Source: an uncultured Methanospirillum sp. (lineage in GTDB: Archaea > Halobacteriota > Methanomicrobia > Methanomicrobiales > Methanospirillaceae). From it: a DNA stretch of 64,000 nt. The stretch lies in the NCBI GenBank assembly GCA_964637135.1, contig CAZWTX010000008.1:1-64000 (forward strand), written 5' to 3'. Position numbers and translations under genes: made by a program. Every line of letters starts with the position of its first letter. The first letter of the stretch is position 1. The notes under the pieces were generated by a model. It had not been told where the DNA came from. It made no database searches and saw only the letters and a list, made by a program, of their open reading frames with translations. Positions 19,592-29,702 of this stretch are shown piece after piece.

Positions 19592-19983
19592 ATCGACATA
19601 ACTCTCATTCTCGGTATGATTGACTGGTGTGATCTGACCAACTCCGACTATACAATGACTTCACCCCTCAATAAGGTATCGTGGATTCAGGGATGACTCC
19701 ATGAGATGTGCCCTTCATCCGGACCATATCTATCCGTTCTTCTCCTGACGGGACCGGGAGAATGGGTATTATTTTCATTCATGCAAAGGGATAAAAAATG
19801 CGCTCTTTTTTCATGTTCTCAGGAAAATGGCACAACTGCCCTTTTTTTCCTATCAGATGGGATCATATCATCCGTTTGTGCCTCGTCTCCTGCTTCTCTC
19901 TTCCTTATTACTTATAAAGATGAAAACCGATCCTTTGATTGGTCCGGGCAGAATCTGCATCGGACCGGGAGTGTCAGATAACT

Positions 19984-21414
19984 GTGGATATCAGGGGCAT
20001 AATCACCGGGAGCTGTCTTCTCATCATCCTGTTGTGTGGTTTTGTAGCATCGGCTTCACCGGATGAACCGTTTTCAGGACAATCATCGATTCAGAATCAG
20101 ATCCTGATCTTTTCAGGTGCCATCCCGAGCGGTGACGGAAATGTATCGATCAAGGCTGCTTCGGGAGTCATGTATCAGATCCCTGCAATGACCCCGCTCG
20201 GGGTAATACAAACCCTCGCCGGGACTGACATGATCGGGTCCTACCGCATTGGAGACTCCCTCCTGCTGAGCCGCGGGATATTTACCCTTGATGCTGTTGA
20301 TTCATGGGAAGTAACCGGAACGACCGGATGGTTTGTCCAGGTTAACGGTGTCGGGCTTCGGGAGTACCTGCTTCCGGCACATGAAGGACTCAATACCTAT
20401 CCCCTAAAGAACGGTGATACCGTTATCTTTGCCTTTGGCGATCCCACCCTCCCGGTAACCTCTGCTACAGCAGTAATACAAGTCCAGATCGGCGAAGGGA
20501 AGGTCATTGCAAGTCAGACAGGTCAGCTTCAGCCGGTCATCACCCAACAGACACCCCTCCCCGTGTCCACTCTTCCTGCCCCCCTCCAGACTCCGGTGCC
20601 TGCCGTGGTCACGGTTCAGCCTCCGGAACCGGTTCAGACCATGATCCCCGCTGCTGTCCCTGTCCAGACGTCCTCCCCGGCCCCGTCCTCCGCGCCGGCA
20701 GATATCATCACCCCGGCGATAACCGTCAATTCAACCATATCCCCGACACCTGTTCCGGTCTCTGTTCCCGAACCGCAGGTAATAGAGACCATCCGGCCGA
20801 TCGTTCCCGAACCGGTCCAGAATGTATCGGAAACCGCACCTCCTGCCCCTGTCCCGACACCTGAATCAACTCCTGTTCCTGCACCTACTCCCGAACCCAC
20901 CCCTGAAACGGTGGTGACTGCAGCATCCACTCCGGAGCCCTCCCCTGAACCTGAAGTGACTGAGGCACCTGAAGAACCAACCCCGACACCGGAACCGACA
21001 AAGGATCCTGCTGCTGAACGGGTGATCTATGACGGAAAAATCCCTCTCCCGTCCGGGAAAGTGAATATCACGGCAAACTCCGGCATTGAGTATGAGATTC
21101 CGGCAAATTCACCCCTTGGCGTTCTCAACCGTCTCCTGACTGATGGAATGATAAACACGCTCAGCATTACCGACAGGGGAATGAAAAAAGGAGGAATCCT
21201 GGTCATAGACGGGATCGAGGATAAATTCTTCACCGGATCGAAAACCTGGTTTGCCCAGGTAAACGGGCTCATCCTACAGGATTACTTCAACCCGGAGACA
21301 GATGGTCTGAATATCTACACCCTGAAAAAAGACGATGTCCTGATCTTTTATTACGGCGATCCGGCAGAACCGGTGCAGAGCGCTGAATCGGTTCTCCAGG
21401 TCAGGATGACCTGA
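19984..21414 (+). CDS. Secreted protein with two DUF4430-like domains joined by a Pro/Thr/Glu-rich linker
   Basis: Signal peptide; two homologous domains ('TPLG...WFVQVNG...YPLKNGDTVIFAFGDP' and 'SPLG...WFAQVNG...YTLKKDDVLIFYYGDP'); PTPEPTPE linker. Confidence 0.75.
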   Translation: MDIRGIITGSCLLIILLCGFVASASPDEPFSGQSSIQNQILIFSGAIPSGDGNVSIKAASGVMYQIPAMTPLGVIQTLAGTDMIGSYRIGDSLLLSRGIFTLDAVDSWEVTGTTGWFVQVNGVGLREYLLPAHEGLNTYPLKNGDTVIFAFGDPTLPVTSATAVIQVQIGEGKVIASQTGQLQPVITQQTPLPVSTLPAPLQTPVPAVVTVQPPEPVQTMIPAAVPVQTSSPAPSSAPADIITPAITVNSTISPTPVPVSVPEPQVIETIRPIVPEPVQNVSETAPPAPVPTPESTPVPAPTPEPTPETVVTAASTPEPSPEPEVTEAPEEPTPTPEPTKDPAAERVIYDGKIPLPSGKVNITANSGIEYEIPANSPLGVLNRLLTDGMINTLSITDRGMKKGGILVIDGIEDKFFTGSKTWFAQVNGLILQDYFNPETDGLNIYTLKKDDVLIFYYGDPAEPVQSAESVLQVRMT

Positions 21415-21982
21415 TCCTCTTTTCTTTTCCGGTCTGATGACATCTCTGACCGGCTGTTAAGCCCCGTTTCACGTCCTCATGGACAACAGCATCAAAGAGG
21501 TGGTGAATAATGGCATGGGCGTCATCAAACCATCCGGTGATATCAGTGACAGTCATAGTCCTGCCTGCGGTAGTGACAAGAAAAAAGAGATCCGCGGCAT
21601 TGAGATCACGGTTTTCCTGTATCGCGATCCGGCTCTCAGACCGGATATTCCCGGGCAGGATATGTGTCCTGCAGATCCCGGTTCTCATCTCCGTGCAGGC
21701 TTCCGGGTTTTTGAGGATGCTCTCCGGACCATCTCCCCGGGAAAGGGGGAACCGGTCATGAAACCTGAGTTGACAGCAATACACGGGTTCGTTCCCAACC
21801 CGGACCCGGGATTTGATATCCGAGCGAATCCTCTCCCACCCGGGATATGGCCCGGGTATGTGGATGGTCACCGGGGTGGTGGTTGTATTCTCCCACCTGC
21901 AGCAGACCTCATAGACCGGTGAGAATTGGTATCCATGCGGGGGAGGATATCGGCGGGTATCACCATCTCCGGATTGATTCAT
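21401..21982 (-). CDS. TIGR04255-like protein, apparently internally shortened/degenerate
   Basis: 'YQFSPVYEVCC', 'IHIPGPYPGWE', 'LRFHDRF', 'WFDDAHAIIHHLFDAVV' resemble family motifs. Confidence 0.5.
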   Translation of the reverse strand: MNQSGDGDTRRYPPPHGYQFSPVYEVCCRWENTTTTPVTIHIPGPYPGWERIRSDIKSRVRVGNEPVYCCQLRFHDRFPLSRGDGPESILKNPEACTEMRTGICRTHILPGNIRSESRIAIQENRDLNAADLFFLVTTAGRTMTVTDITGWFDDAHAIIHHLFDAVVHEDVKRGLTAGQRCHQTGKEKRIRSS

Positions 21983-22088
21983 GTTTCATTTCGTCTGAAC
22001 CCGATCCCGTATTTCAATTTCTGCTAACCAGCCGTATCCTCTCCCGGGATCGGCAACCATTTCTTCTCAGCCTCACGAGTATGGATCC

Positions 22089-24080
22089 ATGTATCTGATT
22101 CGTCTTCTTTTCTCTCTGTTACTGGTCTCCCTGTTCATCGCCGTAGGAACCGCTGATCTGTTCCCTGAAAACGAAACCGGCGATCCATCCGGTGAAATTG
22201 AAGATCCGGCGGTTGGTATGGATGCTGAATCGGCTTTTTATGAGGTAATTTCCAGTCCACCGGGTGCAGCGGTGACGTTTGACGGCATACTCCGCGAAAC
22301 AACACCGGTGACCATAGAAGTCCTACCGTCCGATCCACCGGATCATACCCTCGTCCTTGAAATGGATGGATACGAGACATGGACCTCTTCATTCCTCGGG
22401 AATCCGCCAGGAGGAACGACTGAGACGATCAATGCCGACCTGACCCCGTTACATACAACCGGCGGTATATCCGTGATTTCTGACCCTGCAGGTGCCACGG
22501 CATCCCTTGATGGCTCTGCAATTCAGACAACTCCGTGTACATTCACCAATGTTACAGCCGGGAGCCATACGATCACGATTAGTAGGGATGGGTACCAGCC
22601 ATTTTCATCAGTTGTGGAGGTCACCCCGGGGAGTACCGCTACTGTCTCGGTAACCCTCGTGCCGGTAACAAGCGGTGGTGCCCTCACCGTCACCTCGTTC
22701 CCACCCGGTGCCGCAATCATCCTGAACGATATTGCCATGGGTACCACCCCTGCAAGGTTTGCGGCTCTTTCCCCGGGATCCTATACGGTCAGGCTCATAC
22801 TCCCCGGTTTTTCGCCATACCGGGGAACCGTTGAGATCACCGCCGGCAGGGAAAGCCAGGTCAATTCAACGCTTGTAAGGCAGGTACCGGTAACGGGTTC
22901 CCTTCGTGTCTCTTCGACTCCCCCCGGAGGGGTCGTGAGTGTTGATGTGAAAAAGCGGGGGGTTACCCCGATCACGGTTCGTGACCTCTCTCCCGGAAGT
23001 CACCCGCTCAGGGTCGCGGTACCGGGTTATCTTGACTGGATCGGGTTTGTTGACATCTCGGCAGGCAGGACAACCTCACTCCATACAACCCTCTCACCGA
23101 AAGTAACAACGACCGGGACGGGGACAATACGGATTACATCCGACCCTTCCGGGGCTTCTGTGGTTATTGATCATCAGGAAAGGGGTAATACACCACTCCT
23201 CGTTCAGAATCTGGCCGGGAGCGGATATGAGGTTACCATATCAAAGCCGGGATATGATCCGGTCACGATGATGGCGACAGTATCGCCGGGAAAAACGGTT
23301 GAACTCTCTGTTACTCTGGATCCGACTCAGGAAGAAAACCTCACCGCAGCGATGATGGCATTATCAGATGAAGCAGAAGCATTCAGGTCCCGGTACGGAA
23401 CCTTCCTGGCCATGGACGCTTTTACCCGTGAAGAGAGCGGGTTTACCCGTGAAAATGTCTATGTCATTGCTCTTGACGTAAACGGGACCATCCGTGCAGA
23501 CGGGGGGCACCCGGAATTGATCGGAACAAACTTCTCGGCATTGTCTGACATCGGGGGAGTGTATACCGGGCAGTTACTCGGAGATCTCGCATCAGGGGAA
23601 GGGGGATTCTGCTATGATCTCCTCCTGGCCGGAGATACGGACCAGGTCTCCCTCGTTTATGTGAGGCCTACAGAGGAGGGCATTATTATCGGAACCGTCA
23701 TTCCGGTCCCTGAAATCTCGTTCCCGGATCCTCCGTCCGGGGAAGATATCCAAAAGATGGTTCAGATGGTCCGGTCAGCAGGGGATCAGCAGGTTACCCT
23801 CATGGCTGATCAGGATCCGTCTGATTTGCCGGATATCCGTCAATTTTCATGGACTGATTCCGGGACTGAGGATCAGTACGGTGTCAACAGTATCGCGCTC
23901 CTCCGGGCAGCGGCGAGGACAGGAACCGGGTTTGTATGGCTTCCCCGGGGAGATGATACAGAACAGACCACAAGACTTGATCTTGGGTATGCTGCCCGGG
24001 TATCTGATGAAGAAGGGATGTTCGGATCCCTCCCGCAACCTGAAGATCTGGTTATGATGGAAACGGTACCGGTCACCTGA
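22089..24080 (+). CDS. Secreted PEGA-repeat protein with C-terminal Cache-like domain(s)
   Basis: Five 'S.PPGA.V..DG...G.TP' PEGA repeats; C-terminal 'YVIALDVNGTIRA.GGHPELIGTNFSALSDIGG' Cache motif. Confidence 0.85.
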   Translation: MYLIRLLFSLLLVSLFIAVGTADLFPENETGDPSGEIEDPAVGMDAESAFYEVISSPPGAAVTFDGILRETTPVTIEVLPSDPPDHTLVLEMDGYETWTSSFLGNPPGGTTETINADLTPLHTTGGISVISDPAGATASLDGSAIQTTPCTFTNVTAGSHTITISRDGYQPFSSVVEVTPGSTATVSVTLVPVTSGGALTVTSFPPGAAIILNDIAMGTTPARFAALSPGSYTVRLILPGFSPYRGTVEITAGRESQVNSTLVRQVPVTGSLRVSSTPPGGVVSVDVKKRGVTPITVRDLSPGSHPLRVAVPGYLDWIGFVDISAGRTTSLHTTLSPKVTTTGTGTIRITSDPSGASVVIDHQERGNTPLLVQNLAGSGYEVTISKPGYDPVTMMATVSPGKTVELSVTLDPTQEENLTAAMMALSDEAEAFRSRYGTFLAMDAFTREESGFTRENVYVIALDVNGTIRADGGHPELIGTNFSALSDIGGVYTGQLLGDLASGEGGFCYDLLLAGDTDQVSLVYVRPTEEGIIIGTVIPVPEISFPDPPSGEDIQKMVQMVRSAGDQQVTLMADQDPSDLPDIRQFSWTDSGTEDQYGVNSIALLRAAARTGTGFVWLPRGDDTEQTTRLDLGYAARVSDEEGMFGSLPQPEDLVMMETVPVT

Positions 24081-24089
24081 CCGGTATTA

Positions 24090-25973
24090 TTACCGTACGG
24101 TGATCTGGAGTGACTCAATCAGTTCAACCAGGTCTTTCACCCTGAATGGTTTGGGGAGGGGGTAATCAAACCCATAATCCGTATATTTTGCCATTGCCGG
24201 TTCAGAACAGTATCCGCTGCAGACAATTGCAGTTACCTCCTGGTCCACCTCCCGAATCTGGTTGATGACATCAATCCCCCCGCTTTCCCCGGGGATGATC
24301 AGGTCAAGGATGACCAGGTCAAAGGGATGATCAGACTGCCTGGCAACATAGAATTCGCAGATTGCGTCATTCGTGTGGTATGTACAGACCACCTCGTGGC
24401 CTCGTGCCCGCAGAGCGATGGCCATGATCTCGGTGATCAGGATCTCGTCGTCAAGAACCAGTATCTTCAGTTTTTTCCCGGTTGGTTCCTCTGTATGAAG
24501 ACGATCGCCATACGGGGTGTAATTCTCCGGTGAGGTAGAAGAAGGAAGTGATATGAGCACCTGAGTGCCGGTTCCGGGGGTGGAATGGATCACCACACCG
24601 CCATTATGGCGGGAGATAATGGATCTCGCACTGGACAGCCCGATTCCGATATGTCCGTCTTTTGTTGAGTAAAACGGGGAAAAGACTTTTTCACGTTCAG
24701 AATCCGGAATTCCCGCCCCGTTGTCAGTGATGGTTATCCTGACCATCTCCCGGGTGTTCTCTGCAACGATTGAAACGGTTCCGGCAGATCCCGCTGCCTC
24801 AATGGCATTCTGCAGGATAGCAGAGAGGGCAAGTGAGATCATCTCCGAATCAGCAGAGATATCGTAGAGATCATCCGGATATTTGATGACTGTTACGATC
24901 TTCTCATGCTCCGGGGAGATCCCCAGTTTTTCCCTGAAAAGGGGGACCAGCGAATACCTCGTGAGAACCGGTTCTCCACCACGGGCGTAGGTCAGCAGCC
25001 GGCTGGTCAGTTGTTTTCCCTTGAAGACTGCTTCTTCGGTCTGGTTGATCCGACATAATATCCTGGCCATGTCAGAAGTCATCTCGGGGGTGAGATCAGA
25101 TCTGATGTTTGAGATGCAGAGCAGGATCACAGAGAGGATATTATTAAATTCATGGGCAATCCCTCCTGCAAGGACGGCCAGGCCGTCATCATCCCGGGGG
25201 ACCTGTTTCCCGGTATTCCTCCCCGCTCTCTGCTCTTCGAAACAGATAAGACGCAGGGGCGTCTCATCCTCACCGGCAGGAAGTAATTGTGAAAACAGAC
25301 GGATCGTTCGCCCGTCACCGGTCGGCAGGAGGGTGTCAATCATCTCCCGCGATCTCAGTTTTTTCAGAAAATGGGCATCCTGTTCAAAAAGCAACCTCGT
25401 TACAACCTGGTCGAGAAGCCACGCCCCGTCTGTTTCATCATATTCCTGTTGATCACACGGGGGAATATCCCAGAGGTCAAAAAATGGCTGGTTTATTGAG
25501 ATAATCCGTCCCGATGGAACCTCGGTGATCAGGGACGGGATCGGTGTTATCTCCAGGAATTTCTGGAGAAATGATGTAATGTCAGGATTCTGCCGGTGCA
25601 GTACCTGTGGTTTTTCCTCAAAAGATCTAATGACGTCAGGAAGGTATGAAAGATACGCCCGGTCCAGATCCTTGATAATATAATCGCAGGCTCCTTTCTT
25701 CATCGCCAGAACTGCCGTTTCGACGGAGTCAATGGCGGTCAGGACCACGATCTTCCCTTCGTCAGGCTCGATTCGGTTTATAATGTCGAACGCTGTTCCA
25801 TCAGGAAGCCGGAGGTCTGCCAGGATAAGATCATATCTCCCTTTCTCGATGAATTCCAGGCCTTCACGGACGGTTTCAGCTATTGCATAGGTAAACGGAG
25901 CCTTCTCCAGCTCAACCATCCGTTCGAAGGCCATGCGGTCGACGGGATCATCCTCAATATAGAGGATTTGCAT
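24090..25973 (-). CDS. Hybrid sensor kinase (REC-PAS-HisKA-HATPase-REC)
   Basis: N-terminal ILYIEDD...DLRLPDG; AHEFNN H-box; DNGAGI, PFYSTK, GIGL; C-terminal LVLDDE...DLIIP...KPF. Confidence 0.93.
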   Translation of the reverse strand: MQILYIEDDPVDRMAFERMVELEKAPFTYAIAETVREGLEFIEKGRYDLILADLRLPDGTAFDIINRIEPDEGKIVVLTAIDSVETAVLAMKKGACDYIIKDLDRAYLSYLPDVIRSFEEKPQVLHRQNPDITSFLQKFLEITPIPSLITEVPSGRIISINQPFFDLWDIPPCDQQEYDETDGAWLLDQVVTRLLFEQDAHFLKKLRSREMIDTLLPTGDGRTIRLFSQLLPAGEDETPLRLICFEEQRAGRNTGKQVPRDDDGLAVLAGGIAHEFNNILSVILLCISNIRSDLTPEMTSDMARILCRINQTEEAVFKGKQLTSRLLTYARGGEPVLTRYSLVPLFREKLGISPEHEKIVTVIKYPDDLYDISADSEMISLALSAILQNAIEAAGSAGTVSIVAENTREMVRITITDNGAGIPDSEREKVFSPFYSTKDGHIGIGLSSARSIISRHNGGVVIHSTPGTGTQVLISLPSSTSPENYTPYGDRLHTEEPTGKKLKILVLDDEILITEIMAIALRARGHEVVCTYHTNDAICEFYVARQSDHPFDLVILDLIIPGESGGIDVINQIREVDQEVTAIVCSGYCSEPAMAKYTDYGFDYPLPKPFRVKDLVELIESLQITVR

Positions 25974-26070
25974 GATGAGTATCTATGAGATGACAATATA
26001 AATACCGATATGAAATACCTGTACGGTACCATTTCCTGACTCTGGAGGATATACAGTATCGGCGGCAGGA

Positions 26071-29000
26071 TTACTGCGGAATGAAAAAGAAGAATCTGCT
26101 TCCCTTTCCCGGTTCAGATTCCACCCAGACCCTTCCCCCATTCATCTCAACGATCCGTTTCACGATTGAGAGACCAAGCCCTGTGGATTCGAATGATGGT
26201 TCCTGGAACCTGCTGAACATTTCAAAAATCCGGTCATGGAAATCCGGGTGGATACCCGGGCCGTTATCCTCAATGCAGAAAGTGATGCCGGTCTTTTTCT
26301 CTGATGCCGTTATCGTGATCACGCCGTCCGGGCGAGAAATGTACGTGATGGCGTTACCGATGAGGTTCTGAAAAACCTGGAACAGTTTCATCCGTTCGAT
26401 GAGTACGACGGGAAGGTTCCCGGGGATATGGATCGTCAGGGAATCTGGCGGGGAGAGGAGGTGGATAACTTCCATGACCAGATCTCCGCTGTCGACTGGT
26501 TGTTTCTCTTCAATGCGCTTCCCGGCCCGTGAATATGCCAGAATTCCGTCGATGAGCCGCTGCATGTATGTAACCCGTTCAGAGAGTGTCTTAAGGTATG
26601 TTTTTCCCTTATCGCTGAAGGAGTTCAATGGATCATCTTCAAGCCAGAGAATAAGCGAGGTAATGCCCCTGAGCGGCGCTTTCAGATCATGGGACACGAT
26701 GTACGCGAATTCCTCAAGATCCCTGTTTGAAAGGGAGAGTTCCTCAAGCAGGTCGTGTACCCTTCGTTCGGCCTGCATGATCTTGCTGATGTTCATTATC
26801 GTGGAAAGAACACACGAGTCACCGTTCACATCGATGATCACCCCGTTGTAGAGGCCGTAAATAATCCGGCCGTCCCTGGTGTGGAGATTGAGCTCGGCAT
26901 CCCTGAGAGCACCTTTCCTGCAGACCTCCTCCCATATCATCTGATACTGTAAAGGATCTGAGCAGGCTTCTGTCTGTGCATGTTCGAAGACTTCCTCCCT
27001 GGAGTACCCGAGTGTTTTAAGATAGGTCTCGTTTACATCGATCAGCGTGTGATCCGAGACCCTCCGGATTGTATGCATGGCATGACTTGAATGGAAGACC
27101 TGGGAAAATTTCTCCCTGGATGCCATGATCTCCGAGATATCCTTACATATGCAGTATATCCTCCTCTTCTCGTTCCAGACCCCGTTTACAAGGAGCATCT
27201 CAACCGTGATACGACTGCCGCTGATGAACAGACTGCTCTGTCGTGAAATTTTTGCCCCTTTCGCAGAGAGATCCAAATCTGCGAGAAATGTCTCACGGTA
27301 TTCATGGATGATAAACGAGGAGAGGGTCGTGCCGGTTACCGGTTCACGTTCTCCGTTAAGGGTCCGGGATGCAGCATGATTCATCTCAACGATTTCACCG
27401 GAGGGTTCCAGAACAAAGACATAATCGTCGATAGTGTTGAAAAAATGCCTGAAATTATCTTCCCTCCGCTTAATCTCGTCCTCCTGTGTTATTCGCGAGA
27501 ATGTCGCTCCGAGGAGACCCGCTGCGGCACAAATCGTGTCTTTCTCGGTCTTGCCCCATTCACGGGAGTGGCTCCGTTCCATCAGACAGAGAAGCCCGAA
27601 AGACTGATCCCCGGTGAAGATCGGAATAATACCGATGGACCGGAGTTCTGCGAGAGCGAGGTATTCCTTCTGGTCAGGGGGTAATGATTCATCTGATCCG
27701 AAAAAACTCATCCCCTTCGAGATGAATTCGTCCCACCGGGGGAAGGAGTGATTATTGAAAAGTTCGGCAAAATCAGGATATTTACGCTGTTCATACAGCG
27801 GATCATCGCTCCATTCATAATCCTGTGCGATGGTACACTGGTTGTTTTCGTGATGTTCGAAGAGGTACAGGTGTGTCTCCTCAACCTCAAGGGTCACTCC
27901 CAGTTTCCAGATGACATCCCTCACTGAGGATATGCCGAGTTTGTTCAGCAGGCAGATAGCCCCGTAATTGATCGATTCGAGGATGGCTTCTCTTTTTTGG
28001 AGGTCATCCTTTGAGGTGTTCCGCCATTCCTCGATGGAAAGGGTATTGCTGAGCAGATTGATAATGATCTGATCAAAATCAGTTATTTCAGCAGGGTTGT
28101 GGAAGAAGAGAATAAGACACCCGTAATAGTGCTCCTGTGATCGGATGGAGGCGCCGATTATCATCCTGATGGGATCCTGGTCAGGAAGACCAACCGTAAG
28201 ATCGAGGGTCCGGATCTCTTCCTCATGAATGATGCAGGTACCTTTCTCCCTGATCACGGTACAGAACTCTTCCACCCGGCTGACATTCCGCCCGGCCTGT
28301 TCACGGATACTGAACGGGAGGTTCCATGAAGCCGCCGGTTGTATCCGGTCGTTCTCAATCCGGTAATAGATGGCATAGTCAGCCCCGGAGAGTTCCTTGC
28401 TGAGGGATATCAGGATGGAGATGTTCCGTTCCCCGTCCGGGCCGAACCGGAGATAGGTGTCGACAATTTTCTGTAACCGTTCTGACAGAATCCGCTTCTC
28501 ATTGAGGAATTCTACCTCCTTCTCCCGTTCTCTCAGTTTTCCACTGGTCTGATCGAACCGCCTGAAGACATTGGTTGTCAGGAAATACGCGAAGATGATG
28601 ATAATGGCGCTGAATATGATGGCCTGGATGAGATAGGTAGTACCAAAGGTAGCGCTCCGTGAATATGGGTCCGGCTGGAGAGTGATGGTGAACAGGGGAA
28701 TCTCGGGACCTGATATGGTATCTGCGTAAACGGCTCCCTCTGCGATTTTTCCACTGGAACGGGTTACTTTTGAGAAAAAAGCCGTGACCGGAATCCATGG
28801 CAGTCCCTGCATGGACCCGGGTGACTGGTTGATGTGCATTGTTGAGAGATCCCATTCACGAGCCGGGGGCTGCCAGGGAATTTCCATGATATCCGTCCCC
28901 GTCACCAGGAACCCTGCTTTTTTTCCGGTGGTATCATACACCTGGCTCGATCCTATGAGAATACAGGTTCCATCGTCAAACCAGCCGAGAGCGGGCTGTC

Positions 29001-29481
29001 CTATAGGGTGATTCGTATCCGGGATGAAGAGCTCTGACCGGTTCAGGCTCATGTATCTGCCTTCGCGATCATATTTCCCAGCATGGAGCACAGTCCCATC
29101 TGTCCGGGTAACCAGGAGATACCGGATACCGAGAGTGCCGATGGTGACTGGACTCAGTTCCTTCTCGAAAAAACCGGGATTTTCACCAGATACGTATGCT
29201 CTGAATCTATCCCATTCTGCATAATTCTGTACGGCAATACTGATCCGCCGGCTCTCTTTCACGAGATCTGATGAGAGTTCATCGAGATAGTACACAACAT
29301 TTTCTTCTTCAATACCTGTGAATGAAGCCAGAATATCAGAGTAATTACTATAGATGAAGACTGCTGTAGCGACAGATACGAAGATCATCAGTATAGCAAA
29401 GATCTGCCGGTGTGATACCTCCCTGTGGACGGGAGAATCTTCCCGGTGAGAATTGGGGAAAAAAGACTTCTCTCTTTGCAT
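26071..29481 (-). CDS. Membrane sensor histidine kinase (CHASE4-GAF-GAF-PAS-PAS-HK)
   Basis: TM, 'NYAEWD' CHASE4 motif, TM, GAF/PAS domains, SHDLKAPL, QNLIGNA, DNGPGI, GLGLSI. Confidence 0.92.
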   Translation of the reverse strand: MQREKSFFPNSHREDSPVHREVSHRQIFAILMIFVSVATAVFIYSNYSDILASFTGIEEENVVYYLDELSSDLVKESRRISIAVQNYAEWDRFRAYVSGENPGFFEKELSPVTIGTLGIRYLLVTRTDGTVLHAGKYDREGRYMSLNRSELFIPDTNHPIGQPALGWFDDGTCILIGSSQVYDTTGKKAGFLVTGTDIMEIPWQPPAREWDLSTMHINQSPGSMQGLPWIPVTAFFSKVTRSSGKIAEGAVYADTISGPEIPLFTITLQPDPYSRSATFGTTYLIQAIIFSAIIIIFAYFLTTNVFRRFDQTSGKLREREKEVEFLNEKRILSERLQKIVDTYLRFGPDGERNISILISLSKELSGADYAIYYRIENDRIQPAASWNLPFSIREQAGRNVSRVEEFCTVIREKGTCIIHEEEIRTLDLTVGLPDQDPIRMIIGASIRSQEHYYGCLILFFHNPAEITDFDQIIINLLSNTLSIEEWRNTSKDDLQKREAILESINYGAICLLNKLGISSVRDVIWKLGVTLEVEETHLYLFEHHENNQCTIAQDYEWSDDPLYEQRKYPDFAELFNNHSFPRWDEFISKGMSFFGSDESLPPDQKEYLALAELRSIGIIPIFTGDQSFGLLCLMERSHSREWGKTEKDTICAAAGLLGATFSRITQEDEIKRREDNFRHFFNTIDDYVFVLEPSGEIVEMNHAASRTLNGEREPVTGTTLSSFIIHEYRETFLADLDLSAKGAKISRQSSLFISGSRITVEMLLVNGVWNEKRRIYCICKDISEIMASREKFSQVFHSSHAMHTIRRVSDHTLIDVNETYLKTLGYSREEVFEHAQTEACSDPLQYQMIWEEVCRKGALRDAELNLHTRDGRIIYGLYNGVIIDVNGDSCVLSTIMNISKIMQAERRVHDLLEELSLSNRDLEEFAYIVSHDLKAPLRGITSLILWLEDDPLNSFSDKGKTYLKTLSERVTYMQRLIDGILAYSRAGKRIEEKQPVDSGDLVMEVIHLLSPPDSLTIHIPGNLPVVLIERMKLFQVFQNLIGNAITYISRPDGVITITASEKKTGITFCIEDNGPGIHPDFHDRIFEMFSRFQEPSFESTGLGLSIVKRIVEMNGGRVWVESEPGKGSRFFFFIPQ

Positions 29482-29702
29482 TTTTATCTGTTATTACCGG
29501 CATTCTCCGGAATTACCCGGTGGATACGCGTTATCTCTCATCTGGACTGGTGGACGATAAGGATTGCTCTTCTTCCGGACAGAAAGACCGGATCGGCCTT
29601 CGGGAGTATTGTCCGGATACCTATGCAATCCGGTAAACCTATCTTGTACTGTGGTGACGTGTATAATTAGGCAATGTTGGTACGATGATCAAGAGAGGTA
29701 TA

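Noticed and set aside
20540..21010. Repetitive CC-rich DNA resembling a repeat array
   Set aside because: It encodes the Pro/Thr/Glu linker of the DUF4430-like protein; no constant repeat-spacer periodicity, so not CRISPR.
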